A stretch of 64,000 nucleotides of DNA, taken from the NCBI GenBank assembly GCA_965214705.1, contig OZ243972.1, forward strand, positions 1,440,001 through 1,504,000, written 5' to 3'. A model generated the notes under the pieces. The model was not told the DNA's origin. It worked only from the letters and a program-made list of their open reading frames with translations, and searched no databases. The position numbers and the translations under genes were made by a program. Origin of the DNA: Alphaproteobacteria bacterium. Its GTDB lineage: Bacteria > Pseudomonadota > Alphaproteobacteria > UBA828. Shown here piece by piece: positions 8,256 through 17,630 of the stretch; within the stretch, counting starts at the first letter, position 1, and each line of letters begins with the position of its first letter.

Positions 8256-9629
8256 TTATGCAACAACCCCGCGGCCAACAATATCCGGTGCTTCATCATA
8301 GCTGATGCGGCGGTTGTTCAATAGCTGCGTTTGAATCGTCATCGGCGAGACATTGAAATGTTCAGCTGTATCATTCTGTTTTTCCTCCGAATAATCGCCT
8401 CCCAACATTTCGTCCACCGAAGCGAAGGGACTTAGTAACTCTGCAGCGAACGCGCGTTGCATCTTTTGCCGATAACTGTAGCTACGCGTCGCAGGGAAAA
8501 GCGGTTCTGCAGAACAGATCACTTGACTGCCAAACAGACGGTCTCCGACTAGGCGGGCGAGTTCGAACCGCCGTCCAGTCTCCCACTTGGACCTGAGAGA
8601 CACGCGAGCCCCGCCGTCATCCTGGTCAAGCGCGAAAGACATGTGATCCGAGCGTCGAACACTTTCTGTGATAGCGTTCCGCGTCGTACCTGCAAATTCC
8701 GCGAGACGCTCATCCGAAATAGGCTGCCCGTCCAAGTGTTCTTGATCGCGAAGCGCTCGCGCGGCTCGTACCCCCATGCGCCAAGCCTCAACCTCTCCTG
8801 GGCTCGGCACGTCCGTTCGCTCATCTAACCTAATCACATCGTTAGGGTTGGCATCAAAACCGCTCCTATATGCAATAAGAGTAACGTCTTCAGCGGTTAT
8901 CATCCTATCAGGGCTATGGCCTTGAAGAGCTGTGTCGGCGGCCATTTCGCCCAACGCCTCTTCCCCGAGTGTCGCCGCATCTCGGAGATGACGGAGTATC
9001 GAGTCCTCGTTAACCTCGTCAGGATCGCGGCCGAGTTGCGCTTCCAGTCGCCGGAAGCGCGCGAGCTCAGTGTCTTCCCGCTCCGCTTTTAGCTCGCTCC
9101 AAAGACGGTGAAGGTTAGTACCTCGACGATCTCGCCCCTCAAGTCTGGCTATAATATCTTCCACAAAACCATCGACAGCTATTTCCAATTCGATCGCCGG
9201 AACCGTTTCACGCCTAGATGCTCCAAAGTAACGGAACAGGACTTCGTCCGGATTTCGGGAAGGTTTGGAATCAAGAAAAGATCGTACTCCATCCGAAAAA
9301 ATAGCTATATTTGGCCATGCGAACCCATCACCAACGCTTGAAAGCCGATGGGCAAAGTCCCAGCGGTGAGCAGCTTCCTCATTGGACGGATATCCGAGCT
9401 CCCATCTGATTCGCCACCAGTTCCAAGCAAGCCATTCAGCCAAAGGATAGCCGGACACATAAGGGCCATGGCGAAGTTCGTTGTGCTCAGAATCGATTCC
9501 CTCTGTTTGCAACCTGTCGTTCGCTGTAATCGCGAAAAGGCCAAAGGTTGCAGTCTCTTCCACCGAACCGGTGGACAGATACTCAACGGAAAGAGAAATT
9601 GTCAAGCGATGGGGCATCTTAGATTCCAT
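8256..9629 (-). CDS. ImmA/IrrE-like protein with a degenerate metallopeptidase motif
   Basis: C-terminal RRFELARLVGD (cf. RxRFTLAHELGH), QRAFAAELLSP and an HTH-like AEHFNVSPMTI; uncharacterised N-terminal domain. Confidence 0.65.
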   Translation of the reverse strand: MESKMPHRLTISLSVEYLSTGSVEETATFGLFAITANDRLQTEGIDSEHNELRHGPYVSGYPLAEWLAWNWWRIRWELGYPSNEEAAHRWDFAHRLSSVGDGFAWPNIAIFSDGVRSFLDSKPSRNPDEVLFRYFGASRRETVPAIELEIAVDGFVEDIIARLEGRDRRGTNLHRLWSELKAEREDTELARFRRLEAQLGRDPDEVNEDSILRHLRDAATLGEEALGEMAADTALQGHSPDRMITAEDVTLIAYRSGFDANPNDVIRLDERTDVPSPGEVEAWRMGVRAARALRDQEHLDGQPISDERLAEFAGTTRNAITESVRRSDHMSFALDQDDGGARVSLRSKWETGRRFELARLVGDRLFGSQVICSAEPLFPATRSYSYRQKMQRAFAAELLSPFASVDEMLGGDYSEEKQNDTAEHFNVSPMTIQTQLLNNRRISYDEAPDIVGRGVVA

Positions 9630-10039
9630 TCTTTAACAACCAATTGCTGCATAGAATTATCATCGGAGCTCAGTTCGTATCCATGGTAATTCCGAGTGCC
9701 TCGTTCGATCTTTGCCTCGTAAGCGTGTCCTGGAGAATCGACTGCCCATACATACTTCGGCAGATTGCCCTCAAGGGACGTACTGATCATGCCTCGCCTT
9801 ATTCCCTCAAGAAAAAGAGCCGTTGCCTCTTCGAGTGTAATGCATCGGCTACCGTCGCACAGTGACTTACCTGGGCGAGGGTTGGCCGGCGGGTCGAAGC
9901 CATAATCGGCAGGTATTCGCTTGTGATGAGCGCTGCCGGTGTAGTGTGCTTCGTTCATAAGATGTTCCAAATAGGCCGGGTCAAGCTCGTGTATCGGAGC
10001 AATTCTACGCTTCGGGTTGTTGCTCTGGCGTCTAGGCAT
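9602..10039 (-). CDS. Hypothetical 145-aa protein, toxin/nuclease-like
   Basis: Clean ORF overlapping the next gene. Conserved-looking motifs YTGSAHHK, PRPGKSLCD, PKYVWAV, YEAK and YHGYEL. Confidence 0.6.
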   Translation of the reverse strand: MPRRQSNNPKRRIAPIHELDPAYLEHLMNEAHYTGSAHHKRIPADYGFDPPANPRPGKSLCDGSRCITLEEATALFLEGIRRGMISTSLEGNLPKYVWAVDSPGHAYEAKIERGTRNYHGYELSSDDNSMQQLVVKEWNLRCPIA

Positions 10040-10275
10040 TAAAGCACATACGTTCTAGATGTTCTTCAAGATTCGAGATGGTGATCGTCTTATACACTCC
10101 GACACCTACAGACATCCACGTCCGAATGGGTAGACAAGGAGAATTTTGAAACGAGCATATGCCACCGTAACGATCCACTGCCGATGAGTATCAATAACGA
10201 ACCGCCCCAAACTCTGGTCACTTGTTGGGTCAGGTGGCAAATAAGATATCGGCTCGCCCGCTCAGGGTCAATGGC

Positions 10276-10495
10276 TCATCCGGCGACGTTGGCAATCCTG
10301 CTGGCGATACGATTGGCAGCCGACTTGACGGGATCGTTTGCAAGGTGGGCGTAGCGGGCCGGGGTCTGTACCTGGGTGTGTGTCCAAGAAGCTTGCCGAT
10401 CATGGGCAGGCCTTCGCCGAGTAGCAGTCCGCCGCTCGCATACGGATGGCGGAGGTCGTGAAGGCGCACATCTTCGATCCCGGCGTATGCGCAGC
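10276..10495 (-). pseudogene. C-terminal remnant of a phage-type tyrosine integrase (frameshifted)
   Basis: AGIEDVRLHDLRHPYAS...LPMIGKLLGHT / QVQTPARYAHLANDPVKSAANRIA, split over two frames. Confidence 0.8.
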
Positions 10496-11457
10496 AGTGG
10501 CCGGCACCGACCATGGTGCCGCCACCGCTCGTTCCCGTGCCCTGAAGCCCCTGAGCGTCGCGGGCAGCCTCGTCCCAACCAGCAGGACCAACCATCCGTT
10601 TGCCCCTCAAGGGGCGAACGGATATGCGTCGTCGCAGCTTGCTCATCGATCCGGAAAAGCCGGATCTATCCGAGAAATCCGCGCCTCTGGCGCTCAAATC
10701 AATCCGGCAAAGCCGTCGTCATATTGCGTGCGAAACAACAGCGTGGACACAGGCCGCGGGCGGTGCGTTCTGCAGTGAGCCGCCGGTGCCGTTCGCGGTC
10801 GAGCCCTTTCGCCACTTCGGAGTTTCGGTATGCCATGATCGCCTTTCTGGAATCGGGTGGTGCGGAGGACGGAGGCGGAGCGCTCCGGTCGTGCGCCCCG
10901 CCGGCGCGAGGCCGGCAGGGCGCCGCGGGAGGTCACCGGCACCGCGCCATGTGGCCCCAGACGGCGAGCGCCCCCCAGTACTGGACGCCGGCAGAGGCAC
11001 GGTTGACGCCCGTGCAGACGATGATCTCGTCGCGCTCGGGCCGCAACTACTTGACGGTGCGCAGCGAGACGGTCTCGCGGACCGTGCGGCCCTTCTTCGC
11101 GGTCTTGCCGTCATGCCTAGGCGTGATCTGGCCGTCGGCGTGGGACTTGTATCTCTCGACCCTGTAGCGGTCCTCGCCGAGGCCACCGCCGAACAGGTGG
11201 ATCAAGAAGGTGCAGGCGTCGCTGCGTGGTGTCCTGATCGAACTCATCGTGCCGTCTCCCGTGGTTGCCGATTGCGAGAACGGCGGGGGACGCCCTCTCC
11301 CCGGACGAGACCCGCCGCCCCGGTCCCGGCCAACCTCTCCCTCTCGGTGACGTGAGGGCACGGCGGGGGAGCGCTGCGATATCGGGGCGAGCGTAACCGG
11401 CCGGGACTGTCGCGGTGCTCCAGAATCATCGCGAAGGTCGGCCAGCCTATTCAAGAA

Positions 11458-12482
11458 GGCTCAATTAGCGAATCGTATGCTCTATCTCGTCACGGCGGCG
11501 GCGAGGCAGGCTCGATCATTGGCGCCGGGGGCGATGCCGACGAGGTGGAACCAGCTCAGATAGTTGTCCAGATAGCGGGTGGCGACGCCCCGGCGGGGTC
11601 GCAGGAAGTCCTTCCAGCGGCTGTGGCGGCTGTTCACCGTCTGCACATGCAGATCGCCCCGAACCCGTTCCCCCATCGACCGGTTGAGGCTCTCGTGGCT
11701 CACGCCGAGCGCGGCGGCGCACGGCGGGTAGCTCGCGCCGCCGTCGGAGACCAGCAGGGCGTCCCTGGCGACCACCGGATCGAGGGCGGCCGTGAGCACC
11801 ATCGCATCGACCCTGGGCAGCACCGCGCTGAACGTCGTCCCGCCACGGTCCACCGCCATGAGAACCGGCACCTGCTCGCGCGAGAGACCGCGCTTCTTCG
11901 CCTTGCCGCCGCGACGGCGCGCCTTGCGCCCCAGCTTGCGCGTGCCCTTCCGGCTCTCCAGCATGTACGTCTCGTCCGCCTCCACAATGCCCTTGAGCAC
12001 CCCCGAACCACCCCGCGCCGCCGCTAGAAAGCGGTGACGCCAGCGGAACGCCGTGCTCACCGCCACATCGCAGCGCTCCGCCGACGCCTTCACCGTCTCG
12101 CCTTGTGCAAGCGAGGCCCCGAACGACAGCCAGCGCTCCTTGTGGTGCAGGCCCGACAGCGGGGTGCCGGTCAGCGCGTTGAAGGTCTTGCCGCAGCCCT
12201 TGCATTGGTAGCGCCGCAGGCCCCGCGCCATGCCGCGCGAAACCGCCCCCTCGCGCGCGCAATGCGGGCAACGCCGGGCCTCGTCCACAGCGAGCTCGAT
12301 CGCCGCCTTCGACGCCTCGCCTGCGCTCCGGCCGGACAGCACCGCCAGCGCCTCGCGCCGCTGTGCCCGCGTCAGCCCGCCCGCCGCCGAAAGCCAGACC
12401 TGAAAGTCCTGACTGTCCATGACCCAACCTCCTGTGATTCGGGCCATTCTACCAACAATGCATACGATTCGCTAATTGAGCC
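11458..12482 (-). mobile_element. Complete IS1595-family insertion sequence (1025 bp)
   Basis: Perfect 23-bp TIRs GGCTCAATTAGCGAATCGTATGC (11458-11480, 12460-12482). 8-bp TSD TTCAAGAA (11450-11457, 12483-12490). Confidence 0.95.
11482..12447 (-). CDS. IS1595-family transposase
   Basis: Zn ribbon CPHC...CKGC, HTH, VEADETY, LVSDG, HVQTVNSRHSRWK, GVATRYLDNYL. Start may be 12420. Confidence 0.93.
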   Translation of the reverse strand: MARITGGWVMDSQDFQVWLSAAGGLTRAQRREALAVLSGRSAGEASKAAIELAVDEARRCPHCAREGAVSRGMARGLRRYQCKGCGKTFNALTGTPLSGLHHKERWLSFGASLAQGETVKASAERCDVAVSTAFRWRHRFLAAARGGSGVLKGIVEADETYMLESRKGTRKLGRKARRRGGKAKKRGLSREQVPVLMAVDRGGTTFSAVLPRVDAMVLTAALDPVVARDALLVSDGGASYPPCAAALGVSHESLNRSMGERVRGDLHVQTVNSRHSRWKDFLRPRRGVATRYLDNYLSWFHLVGIAPGANDRACLAAAVTR

Positions 12483-12641
12483 TTCAAGAAGACACGCCGA
12501 GGCTGCTCTCGGCATCAGCCAGATAGAGCTAAGTCCCTGTCCACGTAGGGTTCGGCGGCGCTCTTGATATGGACGACCCTAATAGAGCAGGGCGGAGACA
12601 GCCAAGGGAGGAGCTAAGTTGGTCCACTGTCGAAAGCGCTC

Positions 12642-13004
12642 ATGGTCGCCGCGGTGCTGAGCCACCCCGTAGCCCATCTCGTGCTCGACAACTACAGCAC
12701 CCACAAGACCGCCATGCTCCACCAATGGCTGGCCCGCCATCCCCGCTTCCATCTCCACTTCCACTTCCACTTCACGCCAACCAGCGCCGCCTGGCTCAAC
12801 TTGGTGGAGCGCTGGTTCGCCCTTCTCACCGAGAAGCAGATCCGGCGCGCCACCCACCGCAGCACCGCACAACTCGAGAAAGCGATCACAGACTACCTCG
12901 ACACCTACAACCAGAACCCCAAACCGTTCACATGGACCAAGACCGCCGATCAAATCCCCGAGGCGCTCATCATACTGTAAAGTCATTTCCGATACAGAAC
13001 ACTG
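12642..13004 (+). pseudogene. IS630-family transposase C-terminal fragment with right end
   Basis: HLVLDNYSTHK...HFTPTSAAWLNLVERWF...PKPFTWTKTAD; end-like TTTCCGATACAGAACACT; slipped CACTTC duplication (HFHFHF). Confidence 0.85.
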
Positions 13005-13034
13005 GGCGTCGGCGAACCTGAGGGAGGTGCTGGC

Positions 13035-13355
13035 ATGGCGACGCTGAAGCGGGCCGACTTGAGAGACGCGGTCCACCACGAGATCGGGCTGCCGCGCAAC
13101 GAGGCGGCGGCGCTTGTCGATACCGTCATCGAGGCCGTCGCCGAGCGGCTGTCCGCCGGGAAGCCGGTGAAGATCTCCGGCTTCGGCAGCTTCGCCGTGC
13201 GGGCCAAGAAGGCGCGCATGGGCCGCAACCCGAAGACCGGTGAACCGGCTGCGATATCGCCGCGCCGGGTCGTGGTGTTCCGCGCGTCGCAGAAGCTGAA
13301 GAAGTCGATCGGCAACGGGCCGGCCGGGCTCATGCCCGGGCCGTCTCTGCGGTGA
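13035..13355 (+). CDS. ihfA: Integration host factor subunit alpha
   Basis: TLKRADL...VKISGFGSF.VR.K.ARMGRNPKTGE...ISPRRVVVFRASQKLK; GGAGG RBS upstream. Confidence 0.9.
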   Translation: MATLKRADLRDAVHHEIGLPRNEAAALVDTVIEAVAERLSAGKPVKISGFGSFAVRAKKARMGRNPKTGEPAAISPRRVVVFRASQKLKKSIGNGPAGLMPGPSLR

Positions 13356-13735
13356 AGCGGCGCCCGCGGTCTGCGAACCCCCGTGTCGGGCATCGCGGAT
13401 GCCCAATGACGGGATCCCGAACCAGCCGGCGGGCGGCGGCCGAAGGAGGGGGCGTCGGCGCAGCCGATCACCAGGAGCCAAGGGACGTGCATTCGGAGAC
13501 GTCCTGGACGATCTTCACCCGGTCGGGCGCCAGCCGCGCGAGCGCCAGGCAGGTGAGAACCTCGGCCTCGGTCTCGTAGGCGCAGGTGCCGTGATCGATC
13601 CCGGTGTCAATTTCGATCACGGTGAAGCTCCGGTGTCTTCCTCTATCTGCGCATGCGCTAACGCGGCCGACGTATGCACGGTCGGCGCGGCCGGTCGCGC
13701 GGCGAGTGGAACGCGAAGGGACTTTCGCCTCGCGG

Positions 13736-14896
13736 CTACCGAGCCTGCATGCCCATGGTGTCCGCGATGGCCTTTCCGACCCTCTCGGCGGCGGCTTCGA
13801 TGTCGCGGTCGCCGAGGTGGGCGTAGCGGAGCGTCATGCGCGAATTGGAGTGGCCAAGCAGCCGGGAGACGACAGGGACCGCCACGCCGTTCATCACGGC
13901 GTGGCTCGCCACGGTATGGCGCAGGTCATGAAGGCGCGCGTCCTCGATGCCGGCCTTGCGGCGGACCCGGTACCAGAGAGAGAGTTCGGACCCGCGCGGC
14001 CGCGACGGATCGCGCGGCGAAGGGAACACGAACCGGCTTTCTCCCCGCTTCTGGCGGTCCAGGATGCTCCTGGCCTGGGCGTTGAGGGGAACCTTTCTCG
14101 GCCCGGTCTTGCTGTCGGCAAGCATCAGCGCGCCGCCCTGGACCTCGGACCAGCGGAGCCCGGCGATTTCTCCCCTGCGGCATCCGGTGAGAAGCAGCAG
14201 GCGGACGATGTCGGCCTGCGGCCTGAAGCGCTCTCCCCGCTTGGCCTCTTCGTCGAGGACGGCGTGAAGACGCGCGATCTCCTCGCGCGACAGGAAGCGC
14301 GTCATCGGCGGCCGGCGGTTGGGCGCGATGCCCTGCGCGGGGTTGCTGTCGAGGAGGCTGCGGGCGATGGCGAAGTTGAAGATCGAGCGAAGCAGCTTGA
14401 GCGCGTTGTTGGCGTTGCCGGGCGCGGCGCAGCTGAATGCGTCGAACCAGCGCCTGACCTGCGCAGGCGTTATGCGCTCGAGCGGGGTCGCGCCGAAGGC
14501 GGGGAGGAGGCGGGTATCGAGCAGGCAGGCATAGGACTTCCTGGTCGCGGGCTTGCAGCGCCCGAAAATCGCCTCCTTCCATGGACCCTCCACGAACTCG
14601 CGGAACAGGGGGGCGGCGGGCGCCGGACGGACGGGCTTGTCCGTCTCCGGGCTTGCCCGGCGCTCATGGCACTCCCGCCGCGCCTGCTCCACGGTCCTCG
14701 TCGAGACCGGGCCGAGGGAGACGCGCCTGGAGCGCCCCCCGGCGTGCTCCAGCAGAACCCAGGTCTTTCCGCCGCTCGGACGGACCCGGACCCCGAGGCC
14801 GGGCGCGCTCTTGTCCCAGACGGCATACTCCCGCGCGCGGGGGCGGAGACCGGCGACGGCGTCGTCGGTGAGCTTCCTGCGTTCCCTTGCCGGCAC
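13736..14896 (-). CDS. Phage-type tyrosine integrase with arm-binding N-terminal domain (second of a tandem pair)
   Basis: LGVRVRPSGGKTW, TGCRRGE, DSKTG, LHDLRH, LLGH, TLRY. Confidence 0.92.
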   Translation of the reverse strand: MPARERRKLTDDAVAGLRPRAREYAVWDKSAPGLGVRVRPSGGKTWVLLEHAGGRSRRVSLGPVSTRTVEQARRECHERRASPETDKPVRPAPAAPLFREFVEGPWKEAIFGRCKPATRKSYACLLDTRLLPAFGATPLERITPAQVRRWFDAFSCAAPGNANNALKLLRSIFNFAIARSLLDSNPAQGIAPNRRPPMTRFLSREEIARLHAVLDEEAKRGERFRPQADIVRLLLLTGCRRGEIAGLRWSEVQGGALMLADSKTGPRKVPLNAQARSILDRQKRGESRFVFPSPRDPSRPRGSELSLWYRVRRKAGIEDARLHDLRHTVASHAVMNGVAVPVVSRLLGHSNSRMTLRYAHLGDRDIEAAAERVGKAIADTMGMQAR

Positions 14897-14899
14897 GGC

Positions 14900-16021
14900 T
14901 CAGCTCCCCAGCAGGGCGCCGATGGTCTCGGCGGCCTGCCGCGTCATCGCGTCGGCCGGGTGGGCATACTTGAGGGTGGTCCCCGGATCGGCATGTCCGA
15001 GCAGTCTGCCGATGGCGAGCACGGTCTCGCCCTCGCGCAGCGCGATGCTGGCATGGGTATGGCGGAGATCGTGAAGACGGGCGTCGCCGAGGTCGGCCTC
15101 CGCCCGGATGCGCCACCAGAAGCTGTCCAGCCAGTGTTCGCAGTACGCGCGTCCGGTATGGGGCGACGGAAAGACCCAACGGCCGGCCCGCGCGATGCCG
15201 TCGAGGACGGCCCGCGCGGGCGCGGACAGCCATACGGTCCTCGGTCCGGTCTTGGAGTCGCGCAGGAACAGGCGGCCCTCGCGGTAGTCGGACCAGCGGA
15301 GCGTCAGGATCTCGCTCTTGCGGCATCCGGTCAAAAGGAGCAGGCGGATCGCGGCGACCTGCCCCGGACACGCCTCGGCGTGCGCCGACAGCACCCGGGA
15401 GAGCCTCCGGATCTCGTCGTCCGACAGGACCCGCTCGCGCCCCTTGCGGCGGTATCGCCGGATGCCCCGGCAGGGGTTGGAGCCCTCGGGCCGCAGCCCC
15501 ATCCGTTCCGCCTCCTTCATGACGACGGAGAGGATCGGCATGGACCTGTCGGCGGCGGCCGGCGTGGCGGCCAGCGAGGCGAACCAGTCGCGCACCGCGC
15601 GCCGGTCGATATCGGCGACATTGCGCCCCGCGAAATGGGGCATGATCTGGTTGCGGAGGTAGCCCCGGTTGACACCGAGCGTGCGCGGCTTCCATGTCCG
15701 CTCGTACTGCCGGAATACGGTCTCCGCGACGGCCTCGAAGAGCGCCTCCTCGGGACGGGGCGGCGCGGTGTCGCCCCGCCTGATCGCGGCCAGCATCCCG
15801 CTCGCGCGCGAGCGCGCCTCGATCACGCCGACCGCCTCGGCGTCTCCGACGATCTTCCACACCCGCTTGCCGCGATGCTGGCAGTGGACGAAGAAGCGCT
15901 TGCCGCCCGAGGGCAGCACCCGGACGCCGAAGCCCTTGAGCTTGCCGTCGCGGACGTCGTAGGCGGCCTTGCGGGGCTTGAGCGCCCCGATGCGGGCGTC
16001 GGTGAGGTTGTTTTTGGGCAT
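14900..16021 (-). CDS. Phage-type tyrosine integrase with arm-binding N-terminal domain (first of a tandem pair)
   Basis: FGVRVLPSGGKRF, TGCRKSE, DSKTG, LHDLRH, LLGH, TLKY; GAGG-containing RBS. Confidence 0.92.
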   Translation of the reverse strand: MPKNNLTDARIGALKPRKAAYDVRDGKLKGFGVRVLPSGGKRFFVHCQHRGKRVWKIVGDAEAVGVIEARSRASGMLAAIRRGDTAPPRPEEALFEAVAETVFRQYERTWKPRTLGVNRGYLRNQIMPHFAGRNVADIDRRAVRDWFASLAATPAAADRSMPILSVVMKEAERMGLRPEGSNPCRGIRRYRRKGRERVLSDDEIRRLSRVLSAHAEACPGQVAAIRLLLLTGCRKSEILTLRWSDYREGRLFLRDSKTGPRTVWLSAPARAVLDGIARAGRWVFPSPHTGRAYCEHWLDSFWWRIRAEADLGDARLHDLRHTHASIALREGETVLAIGRLLGHADPGTTLKYAHPADAMTRQAAETIGALLGS

Positions 16022-16151
16022 ATCCTCTCTCCCGGTTGCGATTGCAGCCGGGGAACCGGGCGTTGACCGATCCGTCCGGATGCAACAAGATGCGGGAGAA
16101 AAAGCGACCCTTTGTCAGACAGTTAGCACCGCAGGTGCGCCGTCCGGTGTG

Positions 16152-17576
16152 CTACTCCGCAGGGCGCACGCGGGCGATCCTGAGCGCGTTGGTGGTGCCA
16201 GGCGTTCCGAAAGGCACGCCGGCTGTAATGACGATGCGCTCGCCCGGCGCCGCGTGGCCGGCGGCGAGCGCCTGGGCGCAGGCCTTCTCCACCATGTCGG
16301 TGAAGCCCGTGGCGTCGTCGGTGTGAACGCAGTGAACGCCCCAGAGGAGCGCAAGCCGGCGCGCGGTGCCGCGATCCGGCGTCAGCACGAGAATCGGCAC
16401 CGGCGGGCGCTCACGCGCGGCCCGAAGCGCGGTCGAGCCCGAGGTGGTGTAGGTCGCGATGGCGGCGGCATCCAGGGTCTCCGCCACCTGGCGCGCCGCC
16501 GCGGTGATCGCATCGGCCGTGGTCGCCTCCGGGTCCTGCCGCTGCCAGTGGACGTGGCGCCGGTAGGACGGATCGCTCTCCACGCGCTCGACGATGCGGT
16601 TCATCATCGCCACGGCCTCGATCGGATAGCGCCCGGTGGCGGATTCGCCCGAGAGCATGAGCGCATCGGCCCCGTCGTAGACCGCCGTCGCCACGTCCGA
16701 GGCTTCGGCGCGGGTCGGCGACGGCGCGTTCATCATCGAATCCAGCATCTGGGTCGCGACCACCACCGGTTTGCCCGCCTCCCGTGCCGCGCGGACGATG
16801 CGCTTCTGCGCTGCTGGCACCTCCTCGGGCGCGAGCTCCACGCCGAGATCGCCGCGTGCCACCATGATCGCGTCGGAGAGCGCGACAACCTCCTCCAGGC
16901 AGTCGAGCGCCGCGGGCTTCTCCAGCTTGGCGACGATGGAGACACGATCCGGCACCAAGCGGCGGGCGGTCCTGACGTCCTCCGGCCCCTGGACGAAGGA
17001 GAGCGCCACCCAGTCGACCCCGAGCTCCAGGGCGAAGGCGAGGTCCTCGCGATCCTTCGGCGTGACCGCATCGATGGGCAGCGTCACGCCCGGCAGGTTG
17101 AGGCCCTTGCGGTCGGAGAGGACGCCAGCCGTTACCACCACGGTCTCGGCATGATCCGGCCCGCAGGCGGCGACGCGGAGCCGCACCCTGCCGTCATCGA
17201 GCAGGACCTCCGCGCCGGGCGCGAGCGCCGCAAAGATCTCCGGGTGCGGTACAGGCGCGCGGGTCTCGTCCCCCGGCTCTTGGCCGAGGGTGAGGGTGAA
17301 GCGCTGGCCCTGCACGAGCGCCACCTCGCCCTTCCCGAACGTGCCGATCCTGAGCTTCGGTCCCTGAAGGTCGGCGAGGATGCCGATGGGCCTGCCGACC
17401 GCATCCTCGACCGCGCGGACGAGGGCGTGGCGGGCCCGATGTTCGGCGTGGCTCGCGTGGCTGAAGTTGAGGCGGAATACGTCCACGCCGGTCTCGAACA
17501 GCGCGCGGACCGTCGCCTCGTCGGCGCTCGATGGCCCGAGGGTCGCGACGATCTTGGCGCTGCGGTGGCGTCGCAC
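16152..17576 (-). CDS. pyk: Pyruvate kinase (ttuE-type)
   Basis: KIVATLGP, FRLNFSH, ADLQGPKLR, IMVARGDLGVE, ATQMLDSM, PTRAEASDVA. Confidence 0.97.
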   Translation of the reverse strand: MRRHRSAKIVATLGPSSADEATVRALFETGVDVFRLNFSHASHAEHRARHALVRAVEDAVGRPIGILADLQGPKLRIGTFGKGEVALVQGQRFTLTLGQEPGDETRAPVPHPEIFAALAPGAEVLLDDGRVRLRVAACGPDHAETVVVTAGVLSDRKGLNLPGVTLPIDAVTPKDREDLAFALELGVDWVALSFVQGPEDVRTARRLVPDRVSIVAKLEKPAALDCLEEVVALSDAIMVARGDLGVELAPEEVPAAQKRIVRAAREAGKPVVVATQMLDSMMNAPSPTRAEASDVATAVYDGADALMLSGESATGRYPIEAVAMMNRIVERVESDPSYRRHVHWQRQDPEATTADAITAAARQVAETLDAAAIATYTTSGSTALRAARERPPVPILVLTPDRGTARRLALLWGVHCVHTDDATGFTDMVEKACAQALAAGHAAPGERIVITAGVPFGTPGTTNALRIARVRPAE

Positions 17577-17630
17577 GACTCGTGCCCCTGCGGTCTACCC
17601 GCTCCTATATCGGCACGGCGCCGTCAGCGG

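Noticed and set aside
10600-11450. ORF fragments and palindromes as an oriT/relaxase locus
   Set aside because: Frames are interrupted by stops, and no HUH or recognisable nic motif was seen.
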